Sequence record: OQ828465.1
Strand: one strand, 5' to 3'
Length of the DNA: 64,000 nucleotides
The position numbers and the translations under genes are program-made. Positions 17,264 through 28,500 of this stretch are shown in pieces (the first letter of the stretch is position 1; every line of letters starts with the position of its first letter). Under the pieces are notes generated by a model. The model made no database searches and was not told the origin of the DNA. It was given only the letters and a program-made list of their open reading frames with translations.

Positions 17264-17865
17264 TGAATAATCCGTTATCACTCCAAGAACTATCTTTAGC
17301 TACTGCACCTACTGAAGATAAAGTAAAAGTACTATTAATGTTTAACCGTACTTCTGAGGTATTCCTACAAAGCGTGGGCTATCTACCTTTAGATGCATTT
17401 GATGCTAAGTCACGTGAGCACACCATTTTTGTTGAAGCCGAAATGGGTACTTATGATGTAGTCGTAAGTAATACACCTGGTAAACAACCTACACTTTCCG
17501 ATTGGAAGATTGTTCCTAAAGAAGAAGCGCCACAAGTGATTACTGAAGATCACTTAAATAGTAAAGTGGCCTACAAAATTACTGAACGCTATCCAGTGAC
17601 TGAGCAAATTAATATCCTTGCACGTGCAATTAAACAGCTAGCTGAAAAATATGGTCAAGAGTTAGATGAACTAGAAGAAATGCTTGATTATATTGATCTT
17701 GTTAAACGAACTAATCGCGCGCATAAGGAGGCCCTAATTGAGAGCCCAGACGTTATCTATAAATCCAGGGAAGATCTCGACGCTGAGAAAGCACATCGAT
17801 ATGCAGGCGGCCTGCATGAGCTTATCGGCCCACGAAAGATCGACCAAGGACGTGTTTTCAGCTGA
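17263..17865 (+). CDS. Putative tail-fibre assembly/chaperone-like protein (position of gp136)
   Basis: Start most likely at TAATG 17263 (GGAG at 17249); KITERYPVTEQINIL motif resembles fibre-adjacent chaperone-type proteins. Confidence 0.55.
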   Translation: MNNPLSLQELSLATAPTEDKVKVLLMFNRTSEVFLQSVGYLPLDAFDAKSREHTIFVEAEMGTYDVVVSNTPGKQPTLSDWKIVPKEEAPQVITEDHLNSKVAYKITERYPVTEQINILARAIKQLAEKYGQELDELEEMLDYIDLVKRTNRAHKEALIESPDVIYKSREDLDAEKAHRYAGGLHELIGPRKIDQGRVFS

Positions 17866-18298
17866 ATTTGCAGCTGACCTTGTATCTTATCTGGATACAC
17901 TGGGAGATTCCTGGTGGTTTAATCGGAAAAAAATTAATAGTATCCCAACCAAAGGTATCACTGAATGTGATTATTGGTTTTTAGGGCATAACCAAATGCC
18001 AATGGAATTACGGGAATTACTATTTCATATTGCACCTAAGGTAGAAGGTGCTTGGTTAGGCGAAGTTCTAATCAACCGATATGAAATTGGTACAGGTATG
18101 CCTGAACACATCGACCAAGCTGTTTATCGTTACAACATGGTTATTGCATTAAATGACAATGGCGATGGTATAACGATCAATGGTGAGTTTTATCAGGATG
18201 TACCAGGTAGGGCTACTATTTTTCCAATCCGTTCAGAGCCACATGAAGTCCCTCCAGTTAAAAATAAAAGATACGTCCTTATATATCTCTACGAGTAG
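17801..18298 (+). CDS. 2OG-Fe(II) dioxygenase-fold protein (position of gp137); start uncertain (17738 or 17801)
   Basis: INRY..G..M.EHID (HxD), later PHEV (distal His) and KRY (2OG-binding Arg) in canonical order. Confidence 0.75.
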   Translation: MQAACMSLSAHERSTKDVFSAEFAADLVSYLDTLGDSWWFNRKKINSIPTKGITECDYWFLGHNQMPMELRELLFHIAPKVEGAWLGEVLINRYEIGTGMPEHIDQAVYRYNMVIALNDNGDGITINGEFYQDVPGRATIFPIRSEPHEVPPVKNKRYVLIYLYE

Positions 18299-18306
18299 GG
18301 TACAAC

Positions 18307-18795
18307 ATGGCAATTAAACTTAAGACTTTATCTAAGACAGAACTAAAAACATTAACAAAGCTTAAAGGTGAAGTTTCATTTAGAGACTCATATGGCCACC
18401 GTATGCGAGTTGGCACTAATGGCCTTAAAGCATGTAGTGTTTATAATAATTCAAAATGGTTTAATTGGACTGCTAAACAGCGTAAAGAAATTAAACCAAT
18501 TTTAGGCGAAGAACTATTTAACAAAGCACTGCAAGTATGGTTTTTAGATTTCCCCAAAATAGATGGATTTCTAGATGAGATGAATTATTGGGTAGATAAA
18601 CCCGAGTCCGGTACTATTCTTGCTTGGAATATTGGACCTGATGCTAAGTTCATTTTAGATGGTGAGGAACTATTAATTGGAAAAGGTGAAGGATTAGTAT
18701 TCCATCTATCCCAATTACATGAAGTAAAACGTTCCCATAATGGACAATCATGGATCTGTGTAATGGTACGTGGTGCTCCTGAAAAATTTGCTTAA
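18307..18795 (+). CDS. Degenerate 2OG-Fe(II)/cupin-fold paralogue (position of gp138)
   Basis: GEGLVFHLSQLHEV...WICVMVR strand pattern retains the distal His; HxD is not retained. Confidence 0.55.
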   Translation: MAIKLKTLSKTELKTLTKLKGEVSFRDSYGHRMRVGTNGLKACSVYNNSKWFNWTAKQRKEIKPILGEELFNKALQVWFLDFPKIDGFLDEMNYWVDKPESGTILAWNIGPDAKFILDGEELLIGKGEGLVFHLSQLHEVKRSHNGQSWICVMVRGAPEKFA

Positions 18796-18824
18796 CAGCA
18801 TAAATCCCCTCCATGTGGAGGGGA
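18794..18824 (+). terminator. Hairpin AACAGCATAAA-TCCCCTCC-ATGT-GGAGGGGA
   Basis: 8-bp stem right after the stop at 18795; same AACAGCATAA leader as at 34084 and 43711. Confidence 0.65.
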
Positions 18825-18860
18825 ACTCTTACAAATTTACTCAATAGTACAGTGTACTAA

Positions 18861-19787
<927 letters not shown>

Positions 19788-19789
19788 AT

Positions 19790-20353
19790 ATGCTTAAGCT
19801 TCCAGCGAGTGATGAGCCATTTCGGGTACTAGCATTAGACCCTGGTTCACAAAACCTCGGCATAGCTATTCTGGAAGATAAGTTGGATGGAAGTAATAAG
19901 GTGGTACGTAATGCATTTACCTGCCACCTTAAAGATACAAATCCGGCATATGCTGCCATCTCCGAGGTTCATGGTAGTAGATTTACTAGAATGCAGCAAA
20001 TGAGTGATGTGGTACTAAATATACTACATACTGAAAAACCACATGCAGTTATTGTAGAGTCTAACTATCTTGGTAAGTTTGCCCAAAGCTTCGCTGTACT
20101 TGTAGAATGTGTGACCTATGTACATAGAGCATTATACGAGTATGATAGATTTATACCTTTATACATGATTGATCCTACTACAGTTAAAATCAATGCGGGT
20201 ATGAAAAAAGTAAAGGGTACTACTAAAGATGATGTTAAAGAAGCAATGCGTTCTCGTACTGACATCACATGGAACATCGATATAGATAGTCTAGATGACC
20301 ACTCTATGGATGCTTGTGCGATAGCTTACTACTACCTTACTAGGATTGTTTAA
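19790..20353 (+). CDS. ruvC: RuvC-like Holliday junction resolvase (position of gp140)
   Basis: VLALDPG, VIVES and DDHSMDACAIA acidic tetrad pattern of RuvC. Confidence 0.8.
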   Translation: MLKLPASDEPFRVLALDPGSQNLGIAILEDKLDGSNKVVRNAFTCHLKDTNPAYAAISEVHGSRFTRMQQMSDVVLNILHTEKPHAVIVESNYLGKFAQSFAVLVECVTYVHRALYEYDRFIPLYMIDPTTVKINAGMKKVKGTTKDDVKEAMRSRTDITWNIDIDSLDDHSMDACAIAYYYLTRIV

Positions 20354-20368
20354 CAATTCGAGGTAACA

Positions 20369-20875
20369 ATGTTCCTATTAGCAGGTATACGAAAAATAAT
20401 TGGTAGCGTGCCATTGCATATATGGTTACTATTAGTTATTCTGATAGGTGCCTTAATTGGTATCATATATTACAAAAATAGTTATGAGACGGAACTTGTT
20501 CGCTCTACAGATTTAATTGGAAAAATTAAATCTTATGAAGCGGCAGAAAAGGTTAGGATTGAATCAGATCGTATCTCCGATAAAATTCAAGCTGAACTAA
20601 TTACTAAAAAGAAAGAGATACAAAAAGAGCAGGCGCAATCACGCACTGAGGTGATTGATGAGTACATTAGTTTATCAGGTCGTGGATATACTCCACCTGT
20701 ATGGCCTGAGGTTAAAGCTAAAACAACTAATGGGGAAAGCACCACTACTGAGATTAAACATGAAACTGACACAAAAAAAGATAACATTAATAAGTCTATT
20801 AATGCTATTGCTAAACGGATGTACGAGCACTACTGTGCCGCCTCCCGTGAAAATACCAGTTGCAATCCCAAGTAG
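20369..20875 (+). CDS. Putative inner-membrane spanin (i-spanin)
   Basis: N-terminal TM (WLLLVILIGALIGIIYY), coiled-coil, two C-terminal Cys; overlaps a lipoprotein ORF. Confidence 0.7.
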   Translation: MFLLAGIRKIIGSVPLHIWLLLVILIGALIGIIYYKNSYETELVRSTDLIGKIKSYEAAEKVRIESDRISDKIQAELITKKKEIQKEQAQSRTEVIDEYISLSGRGYTPPVWPEVKAKTTNGESTTTEIKHETDTKKDNINKSINAIAKRMYEHYCAASRENTSCNPK

Positions 20876-21122
20876 TTTACTTCTCCCTTGCGATGTGGAA
20901 GCCCCACCTACAGCTAATGAGATCATCAATGCATTAGATAGATATAAAGCTGTTGGGGTTACTGATGAGAATGAAGCACGTTTCTTACTTATGACCGAAC
21001 ATTGGCTTTTACAAACTGATGCACTTGGACTATGTAATATCCAAGTAGACAAATTGCGTGAATGGAACGAACGTCAACGTAATTTGGAGAATAGTCATGA
21101 CCCTAGAGGACGTTCTGATTGA
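20760..21122 (+). CDS. Putative outer-membrane lipoprotein spanin (o-spanin), overlapping the i-spanin gene
   Basis: MKLTQKK..LLMLLLNG-C signal/lipobox; Pro-rich region IPSSLLLPC; late LGLCN motif; start at ATG 20760 within the i-spanin gene. Confidence 0.75.
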   Translation: MKLTQKKITLISLLMLLLNGCTSTTVPPPVKIPVAIPSSLLLPCDVEAPPTANEIINALDRYKAVGVTDENEARFLLMTEHWLLQTDALGLCNIQVDKLREWNERQRNLENSHDPRGRSD

Positions 21123-21492
21123 GATCGATGGTAATCCTTTATCTTCTTCTAAAGACTATGGAAAGAAGATACGTACCTATTTGAATAGTGTATTGGAAAA
21201 GGAACAACGTATAAATCTAAGTATAACTGGTGAGGAAGTACTTAGTCTAATTTATGCTATTACCGATTCAGATCTTCAATATAAAATTCTCAGCCGGGAA
21301 ATTGCTGAAGTGAAGGCTAAAGATTCTTACCGTAATGCGGTATTGGTATTAGCTGGTGGCGTTACTCTTATTGGGGCATCAGTATCTACTATGGTAGTTT
21401 TATCTGGTGCACCTATGTCAGAAGAAAGTGCCAATGTGTTAAAGACTATTGTGCAAGGTACCTTTGAATTAATAAAGATGCTTATGCAATAA
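21097..21492 (+). CDS. Membrane protein, holin candidate (position of gp142)
   Basis: ATG 21097 with GGAGA RBS; C-terminal hydrophobic segment AVLVLAGGVTLIGASVSTMVVL plus amphipathic helix; lies next to spanins and near the endolysin. Confidence 0.45.
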   Translation: MTLEDVLIEIDGNPLSSSKDYGKKIRTYLNSVLEKEQRINLSITGEEVLSLIYAITDSDLQYKILSREIAEVKAKDSYRNAVLVLAGGVTLIGASVSTMVVLSGAPMSEESANVLKTIVQGTFELIKMLMQ

Positions 21493-21502
21493 AAACTATA
21501 AT

Positions 21503-21530
21503 AGCCTTCCTCTTCAAGAGGAAGGCTTTA
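21503..21530 (+). terminator. Hairpin AGCCTTCCTC-TTCAA-GAGGAAGGCT
   Basis: 10-bp perfect stem after the stop at 21492. Confidence 0.75.
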
Positions 21531-21574
21531 TAATGCTATGTGGATTAAACATTTTACCACTATAGAGGTTTGAC

Positions 21575-22108
21575 ATGCAGGATATCTTTCCGTATGACAT
21601 GGCATCGAGGAATGCGCTAGTAAAACTTGCGCGGGATGATTTAAAAATAAACTTCAAACCAGAAACAGTTACATTTGAAGATATGTTTTTTAGTCCAACC
21701 ACGATTGAGCCTGGACGTACATTTATTGAAATGATCGACATTACTACTGACATTAAGTACATGTTAACTTACCGTCGGTTAGATTTTGCTGATCCACGAG
21801 CTATTGGTGAAGGATCTATCCTTAAGATAGTTGGTACTTTAACACCTAAAGCGATTGCTGAAGAAATTAACCGTTCACGAGGTTGGAAGCTTGGACCAGA
21901 TGATATTTCATTCGATACAACACCAATCAATGCAACTACGGATATTGTTCCATACACGATAGTAGCTATGTCGAGTAGTTATGCTTACTATGGTGAATGT
22001 AATATACTAATTCAACGTATTGATGATACGTCAGATACTATCCGACTATTAGAGAATGGTGCAGCACGTTATCTAGAAAATGGTCAAATCCGTTATCTAG
22101 AAAGTTAA
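21575..22108 (+). CDS. Putative virion structural protein (position of gp143), gp126/127-family paralogue
   Basis: 177 aa; TYRRLDF motif; AGAGG RBS. Confidence 0.7.
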   Translation: MQDIFPYDMASRNALVKLARDDLKINFKPETVTFEDMFFSPTTIEPGRTFIEMIDITTDIKYMLTYRRLDFADPRAIGEGSILKIVGTLTPKAIAEEINRSRGWKLGPDDISFDTTPINATTDIVPYTIVAMSSSYAYYGECNILIQRIDDTSDTIRLLENGAARYLENGQIRYLES

Positions 22109-22111
22109 GTA

Positions 22112-22952
<841 letters not shown>

Positions 22953-23035
22953 GATGTAGCAATAGAATGGAGTCTATGGTATCATGTGAAACTTCCCCTC
23001 ATGATAAACCACATCTTGTGTCAATGTAACTTTTT

Positions 23036-23060
23036 GAGAGTCCTTCGGGACTCTCTTATG
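23036..23060 (+). terminator. Hairpin GAGAGTCC-TTCG-GGACTCTC-TTATG
   Basis: 8-bp stem with UUCG loop downstream of the endolysin. Confidence 0.75.
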
Positions 23061-23157
23061 TTGTTAAAATATTACTCATTAGCAATAGTACATTACTGTA
23101 TGAGTCTTCTTCGAAAGACTAACATGTTAGTGTTTCTTATACAGCAAGGAAATAAAA

Positions 23158-25527
23158 ATGGCAAATGCTACAGACAAAGGCAAGATCAGTCAACTGCCGG
23201 ATCTAGCTACTCTTAACGATAGCGAGTATATTGAATTAATTCATACCGATGCAGCTGGTCAAGTCGATAACTATAAGTTTCTGCTGTCAAAACTACAGAC
23301 TGGAGCACCCGGTCTTAGTGCGTACGAGATTGCCGTTAAAAATGGTTTCCAGGGAACTGAAACCGAATGGCTTGATTCGCTTAAAGGTAAATCTTCTTAT
23401 CAAATCGCAGTCGATCTAGGTTTCGTTGGTACTGAAGAAGAGTTTATAGCATCCCTTAAAGGTGATGCTGGTAAGAGTGCATATGAAGTAGCTGTGGAAA
23501 ACGGTTTCCAAGGTACTGAACAGGAATGGTTAACATCACTGCATGCAACCATGACTGCTGAACTACTCCAGTCGCTCTTAAATCAACAAGGTTACACAGT
23601 TAAAGATGTACTGCGTGTAACTGGCAAGAATGGTGGATTATCATCCAACGCTGCTTTCCATAACTTTGCTTTCCTGTTTGATAAGCGCCTAAATCAAGAT
23701 GACTTAACCGCTGGTGATAAAGTACCACAGCGTATGATGGAACAAGGCCGTATGGAAGCAGAAGGTTATTCTTATCTAAAGAACGCCTCTGCACCCACTA
23801 CGCAAGGTGCATTACCCGAATTACCTGAGTCTGAAATTCGTATTTACGACAATGGTGAATTCCAGATTGGTAGTTTAACTGATTACATTGCATTCAAGAA
23901 TGACGGCAATATCCGTATTGTTGAAGGCGCTGATGAATCAACTGTTGATCTTAAGAACCTTCCTAAAAATGAAGGTATTAGTGGCGGTGTATTCGTCAAA
24001 GATGTACAAGCAACTGACCCCAGTCAGAACGTAGGTAGTATTGTGCGTACCCCCGATGGGCACAGCGTACAGTCATGCCTATCAACTACTAGTAATGTTC
24101 GAGTTATCGTTGATGCAATAACTGGACATTCTAGTTATGTACCTAGTGTTAAAATCAATAACATAGATGCAGTTGTAACTCCTGGCGTTAATCCACCTAT
24201 GTGGATTGCTACTGCCGATATTGATCTTGGTGCACCCACTACTGAAGGTTATGCTGATATTGTTGTAGAACACGCCGATGGGGCTAAATTCACTACTAAG
24301 GTATTAGCCGATACTCCCGCTAATATTACTAGTGCTGTATTTACTGGCGGTTATCCGTTAGGTCAAACAGAACTTAAAGAAGATGACCTTGTTGCAATTA
24401 AAGTAGTTACTGATGAAAATATAGTAGCATACGAAATTGCTGACTTTGGTGCACTGAAAGAAAGTAGTGGTACTGTTGCACCTACTAAAGAACTAGAGGT
24501 TACTGGTCTTTACGTAGCTGACCGTGGTAATACTACTAAGGCATATGGTTTCCGTGTACGTGTTCAGAAATCCACTGGTTCATGGTCAGAATGGTTTACT
24601 TCCAGTGATGCTGGTTCCGAAGATAAAATTAACACCATGCAGTTAAACGATCTTCGCCCAGTTGTTAATATTGGTCAAGTAACTTATCCGTCTGGTCAAA
24701 GTGCTATTAAAGTAGGTGAAACTGCCACTGTAGCCAATACAGTATCTAATGCTGATAGTGTGGTTTATTCCTCACCAAATGATCAGCTCACTATAACCAG
24801 TGCAAATGAAGCAGAAATTGCTAAGGTAGTTACTTATAAGTCTGGTACTTATAACGACAGCACTAATAACCTATTAATTACTGCTAAACGTGCAGCTAAT
24901 GGTAGTGTAGCTACGGCTACTGCTGTTGTAGCTATTGCAAATGCGGTACCTACTGCGACGGTTACCTACCCTGCTGCTCGCCTTCGTTCAGGTGGTAACT
25001 TTGGAACCCAAGTACAAAGTCATGTCATTACTTTAACCTCTACTCAGAAACTAAGTGCAGCTCCGGCCATGAATGCGCCTGGCGGTAAGTGGGCTACTGA
25101 GGATTGGAAATCTGACGCCACTGGTAAGGTATGGACACGTGCGTTACTAGTACATGACGATGATCCTAAAGGAACCTACGATTTTAACAGTGTGGTTCTA
25201 AAAGGTTTAGCTGGTGTTGAAGCTAATAGTGTAAATGGTGGTACTTACGTACTAGGTGGATTTGTATTCCGCACTCTAAGTGTGGCTGCTTGGCCGAACC
25301 GTGAAACTGATATTGGTACTGAAGTAACCAATACTGGTAAACTACGTTGCAGTAACCTATCTAAAGGTTCTACTGGTAGCTTAAACTTCACTTATAAGGC
25401 AGATGATGCGAATCAAGTTGACACCTACACCATCAAGGATGGCAATAAGTGGTATAACTGTGACTCAGCAAACGCTGTATCCAATACCACTGGACTGATG
25501 AAAATCGAACTTGAGGAAGTAGTATAA
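23158..25527 (+). CDS. gp145: Tail-fibre-associated structural protein (position of gp145)
   Basis: 789 aa; three SAYE/Q-I/V-AV..GF.GTE.EW..SL repeats; T/A/V/S-rich beta-sandwich-like C-terminal half. Confidence 0.75.
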   Translation: MANATDKGKISQLPDLATLNDSEYIELIHTDAAGQVDNYKFLLSKLQTGAPGLSAYEIAVKNGFQGTETEWLDSLKGKSSYQIAVDLGFVGTEEEFIASLKGDAGKSAYEVAVENGFQGTEQEWLTSLHATMTAELLQSLLNQQGYTVKDVLRVTGKNGGLSSNAAFHNFAFLFDKRLNQDDLTAGDKVPQRMMEQGRMEAEGYSYLKNASAPTTQGALPELPESEIRIYDNGEFQIGSLTDYIAFKNDGNIRIVEGADESTVDLKNLPKNEGISGGVFVKDVQATDPSQNVGSIVRTPDGHSVQSCLSTTSNVRVIVDAITGHSSYVPSVKINNIDAVVTPGVNPPMWIATADIDLGAPTTEGYADIVVEHADGAKFTTKVLADTPANITSAVFTGGYPLGQTELKEDDLVAIKVVTDENIVAYEIADFGALKESSGTVAPTKELEVTGLYVADRGNTTKAYGFRVRVQKSTGSWSEWFTSSDAGSEDKINTMQLNDLRPVVNIGQVTYPSGQSAIKVGETATVANTVSNADSVVYSSPNDQLTITSANEAEIAKVVTYKSGTYNDSTNNLLITAKRAANGSVATATAVVAIANAVPTATVTYPAARLRSGGNFGTQVQSHVITLTSTQKLSAAPAMNAPGGKWATEDWKSDATGKVWTRALLVHDDDPKGTYDFNSVVLKGLAGVEANSVNGGTYVLGGFVFRTLSVAAWPNRETDIGTEVTNTGKLRCSNLSKGSTGSLNFTYKADDANQVDTYTIKDGNKWYNCDSANAVSNTTGLMKIELEEVV
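23311..23545 (+). repeat. Three tandem ~25-aa SAYEIAV..GF.GTE.EW..SL repeats
   Basis: Visible in the translation; a fourth copy lies in gp146 at 26691-26768. Confidence 0.85.
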
Positions 25528-28500
25528 TGGCTTCTGCATTTGAAGATTATGTAAACGGGGAACTCCCCAAACGGGTATCATCAATTGATGAACCCACTTC
25601 TGTAGTTAATGGACACATCCCGGTTTCTACCGGGGTGGGTCTTAATACCACTTTCGTTGATCCTGTTACTATACCTGGATTAAAGGGTGAAGATGGTCAG
25701 CCGGGTAAAGATGGCGATCAAGGTCCCCCTGGCCCAGTTGGTCCGGCTATTAACATTATCGCTAATGTTGATCTAGCAACATTCGAACAAGATATTAAAC
25801 CATTAGATACGCATAATGTCGGTGATGCTTGGTTCGTTGAAGATCGGCTATGGGTATGGGAATCACCGCTAGGTAATGAAGATCCCCCTGTAAAAGGTCG
25901 TTGGGTTGAAACAGGTTCACTTCGTGGTCCAGATGGTACTGGTCTGGTTATCCGTGGTCGTTGGCCTAATAACTTAGAATTACCTAAGACTGAAAGTAAT
26001 AAACCTGGAGATGCTTACTCATGGAATAATCAACTCTGGGCGTGGATGCTTATCTCAGGTAATAATCCGCCAGAGAATCCAACTATTGATGACTATGATT
26101 GGTTCCCAGTTACACCACAGGGTGAACGTGGACCTGAGGGCCCTGAGGGTCCGCAAGGTAAAGATGGTGAAATTGGTCCTGAAGGTCCTCAGGGTGAACC
26201 AGCAATGCCGTTTACCATTAAGGATTCACTACCATCACCAGCTGATTTACCTGATCCATCTGTAGCTAAAGAATCAGAAGCATACTTAGTTACTATGGAA
26301 GCTGGTAAACCAGAACATCTATTCATCTTTGTAAAAGGGGCATGGTCAGACCTAGGTACTTTCCAAGGCCCTGAGGGCCCACAAGGTAAACCAGGTAATA
26401 CAGGTGATCCGGGTCCCGATGGTAAACAAGGTGAACCTGGTCCACAAGGTCGTAACTTAGAAGTAGTTAAAGCAGTTGAAACTGCTGATGATCTATTAAC
26501 CACCACTGGTGTAGAACAATACCAAGGTGTTTCAGTACGTTCCACCAATACGGTTTATGTACTGACTGGCCAAGATCCGACTGTTGATATCTCATGGACA
26601 GCCATGGGTTCATTCCGTGGCCCGCAGGGCCCTGAAGGTCCGCAAGGTGAAGATGGCGATCAAGGTCTACCTGGTGAACCAGGGGCACAAGGTAAATCGG
26701 CTTTCCAAGTAGCATTGGACAATGGCTTCACTGGTACTGAGGGTGAATGGTTAATCAGTCTACATGGTAAGAACGTAGTTATTACTGGTGCTGTTGCCAA
26801 TGAGGCAGCCCTGCCGGCAGATGCTCCTGATCAGGCAGCGTACTTCACACAAGACACATCTACCTTATTTGTTAAGATAGATGGTAATTGGGTAAATAGT
26901 GGTACACATCGAGGTCCTAAAGGTGAAGATGGCGCACCTGGTAAAGACGGTGATCAGGGACCAGAAGGACCCGAGGGACCAGAAGGCCCACAAGGTCCCG
27001 CTGGTGAACCTATCCAGATCATCGCAGCGATTGACACTCCTGAAGATACCCCACCAGAAGCACTTGCCGATAACCAATGGAAAGCATATACTGTTAAGTC
27101 CACGGGCGAAGTATTTGTTAACATGGACGGTAGTCGCTGGACTAGCATTGGTATTATGGCAGGTCCGCAAGGTAAACCGGGTGAAGGTTTAAACATTAAA
27201 GGTGTTTTAACCGATGCTTCACAACTACCAAAGAAAGACACTGATCCTGACTTAGTAACTGGTGATTCATACTGGGTTGAAACTAACGAAGGTACAATGC
27301 TCTATACTTACCAAGGTCAGGAAATTGATGGCTATATCGGCCCAATTAATCTAAATGGTGAGCAGGGTATCCAGGGTGTCGAAGGCCCACAAGGTCCTGA
27401 AGGTAAACAAGGTGGTGGTCTATTAATTATCTATGTTGGTGATGATGCTGGTAAACCAGTAGCATCTGCTGATAACGTAGGTAAAGGTATTGCCATTCGC
27501 ACCAATACTGAAGGACAAGTAGAAGTATTTGTAAGTATCGATACTGAAGGTACATTTACTTGGGAAAGCCTAGGTGTCTTAGCCATGGGTCCGCAGGGTC
27601 CTGAAGGTCCTGAGGGCAAACAAGGTGTTCCAGGTATCCCTGGTAAAACCGGTCAGAAAGGTGAACGTGGATCCTCTTGGGTAATTCTACCTGAAGGTCA
27701 AACTGCACCCACTTCTATCGATGGTAATCGTGGTGACTGGTGTATCGACAAAACTGGTACCGTTTGGTATAAAGATGCTAACTGGGTTGTATTCTACAAA
27801 TTAATGTCAGTTCCAGTTAGTGAAGTCGATCCAGAAGATGTCGATAAGAAAATGGTTCGGTACAAACTCGGTTGGACTGAACTACCTGTTGATGAGGTGG
27901 TAGATGCTGAAGTAGGTGTCTTCTATGGTCGCCGTAAAGCAACCGCTGACGGGGCTGTTGAATGGACTGCTATTGAATTACCAACACCTGCCATTGATGC
28001 TGTACCTAGTCCAGTTGTTAATGCACAATACGTTCGTAAAGGTATTGCAGGGGGTGAAACTGAATGGGCTACCATTACATTCCCAGAAATTCCTTCAGAT
28101 GTAGTACGCGATACTGCACAAGCTACTAAGCCTCAAGGTCGTGTAGCTGGTAACTGGGTTGATGTAGCACCTCTGCAAACCGATGATACTCTAATGGGTA
28201 TGCAAAATGGTGAATGGGTAGCTGTACCAGCCGCAGTTATTGGTGAAGTACCTAGTGAAGGTGCTAATGGCACTAACTATGTACGTGAGAAAACAGCTAG
28301 TGGTTCTAAATGGACACCTGTAACTATTATAGTTGATCAAGCTGATGCTACTAGTGGACAACTATTCCTACGTAATGCTGCGGCTAAATCATGGACTCTA
28401 TTCCAAGGGCCGAATAATGATGTAACCGCTGATGGTGATTGGCTACGTAGCCGTACTGGTACTAATATTACTTGGAAGAAGCTAGATAAATCATTCGATG

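Noticed and set aside
17738-17865. Programmed frameshift fusing gp136 to the 2OG oxygenase
   Set aside because: The overlap is real, but I see no convincing slippery heptamer with a downstream stimulator. An independent start at 17801 explains it; left as start-site uncertainty.
22967-23216. 20-codon ORF 22967-23029 and 76-aa ORF 22986-23216 after the endolysin
   Set aside because: Poor RBS spacing. The longer ORF runs through a UUCG terminator and into gp145. No holin- or lipoprotein-like features.
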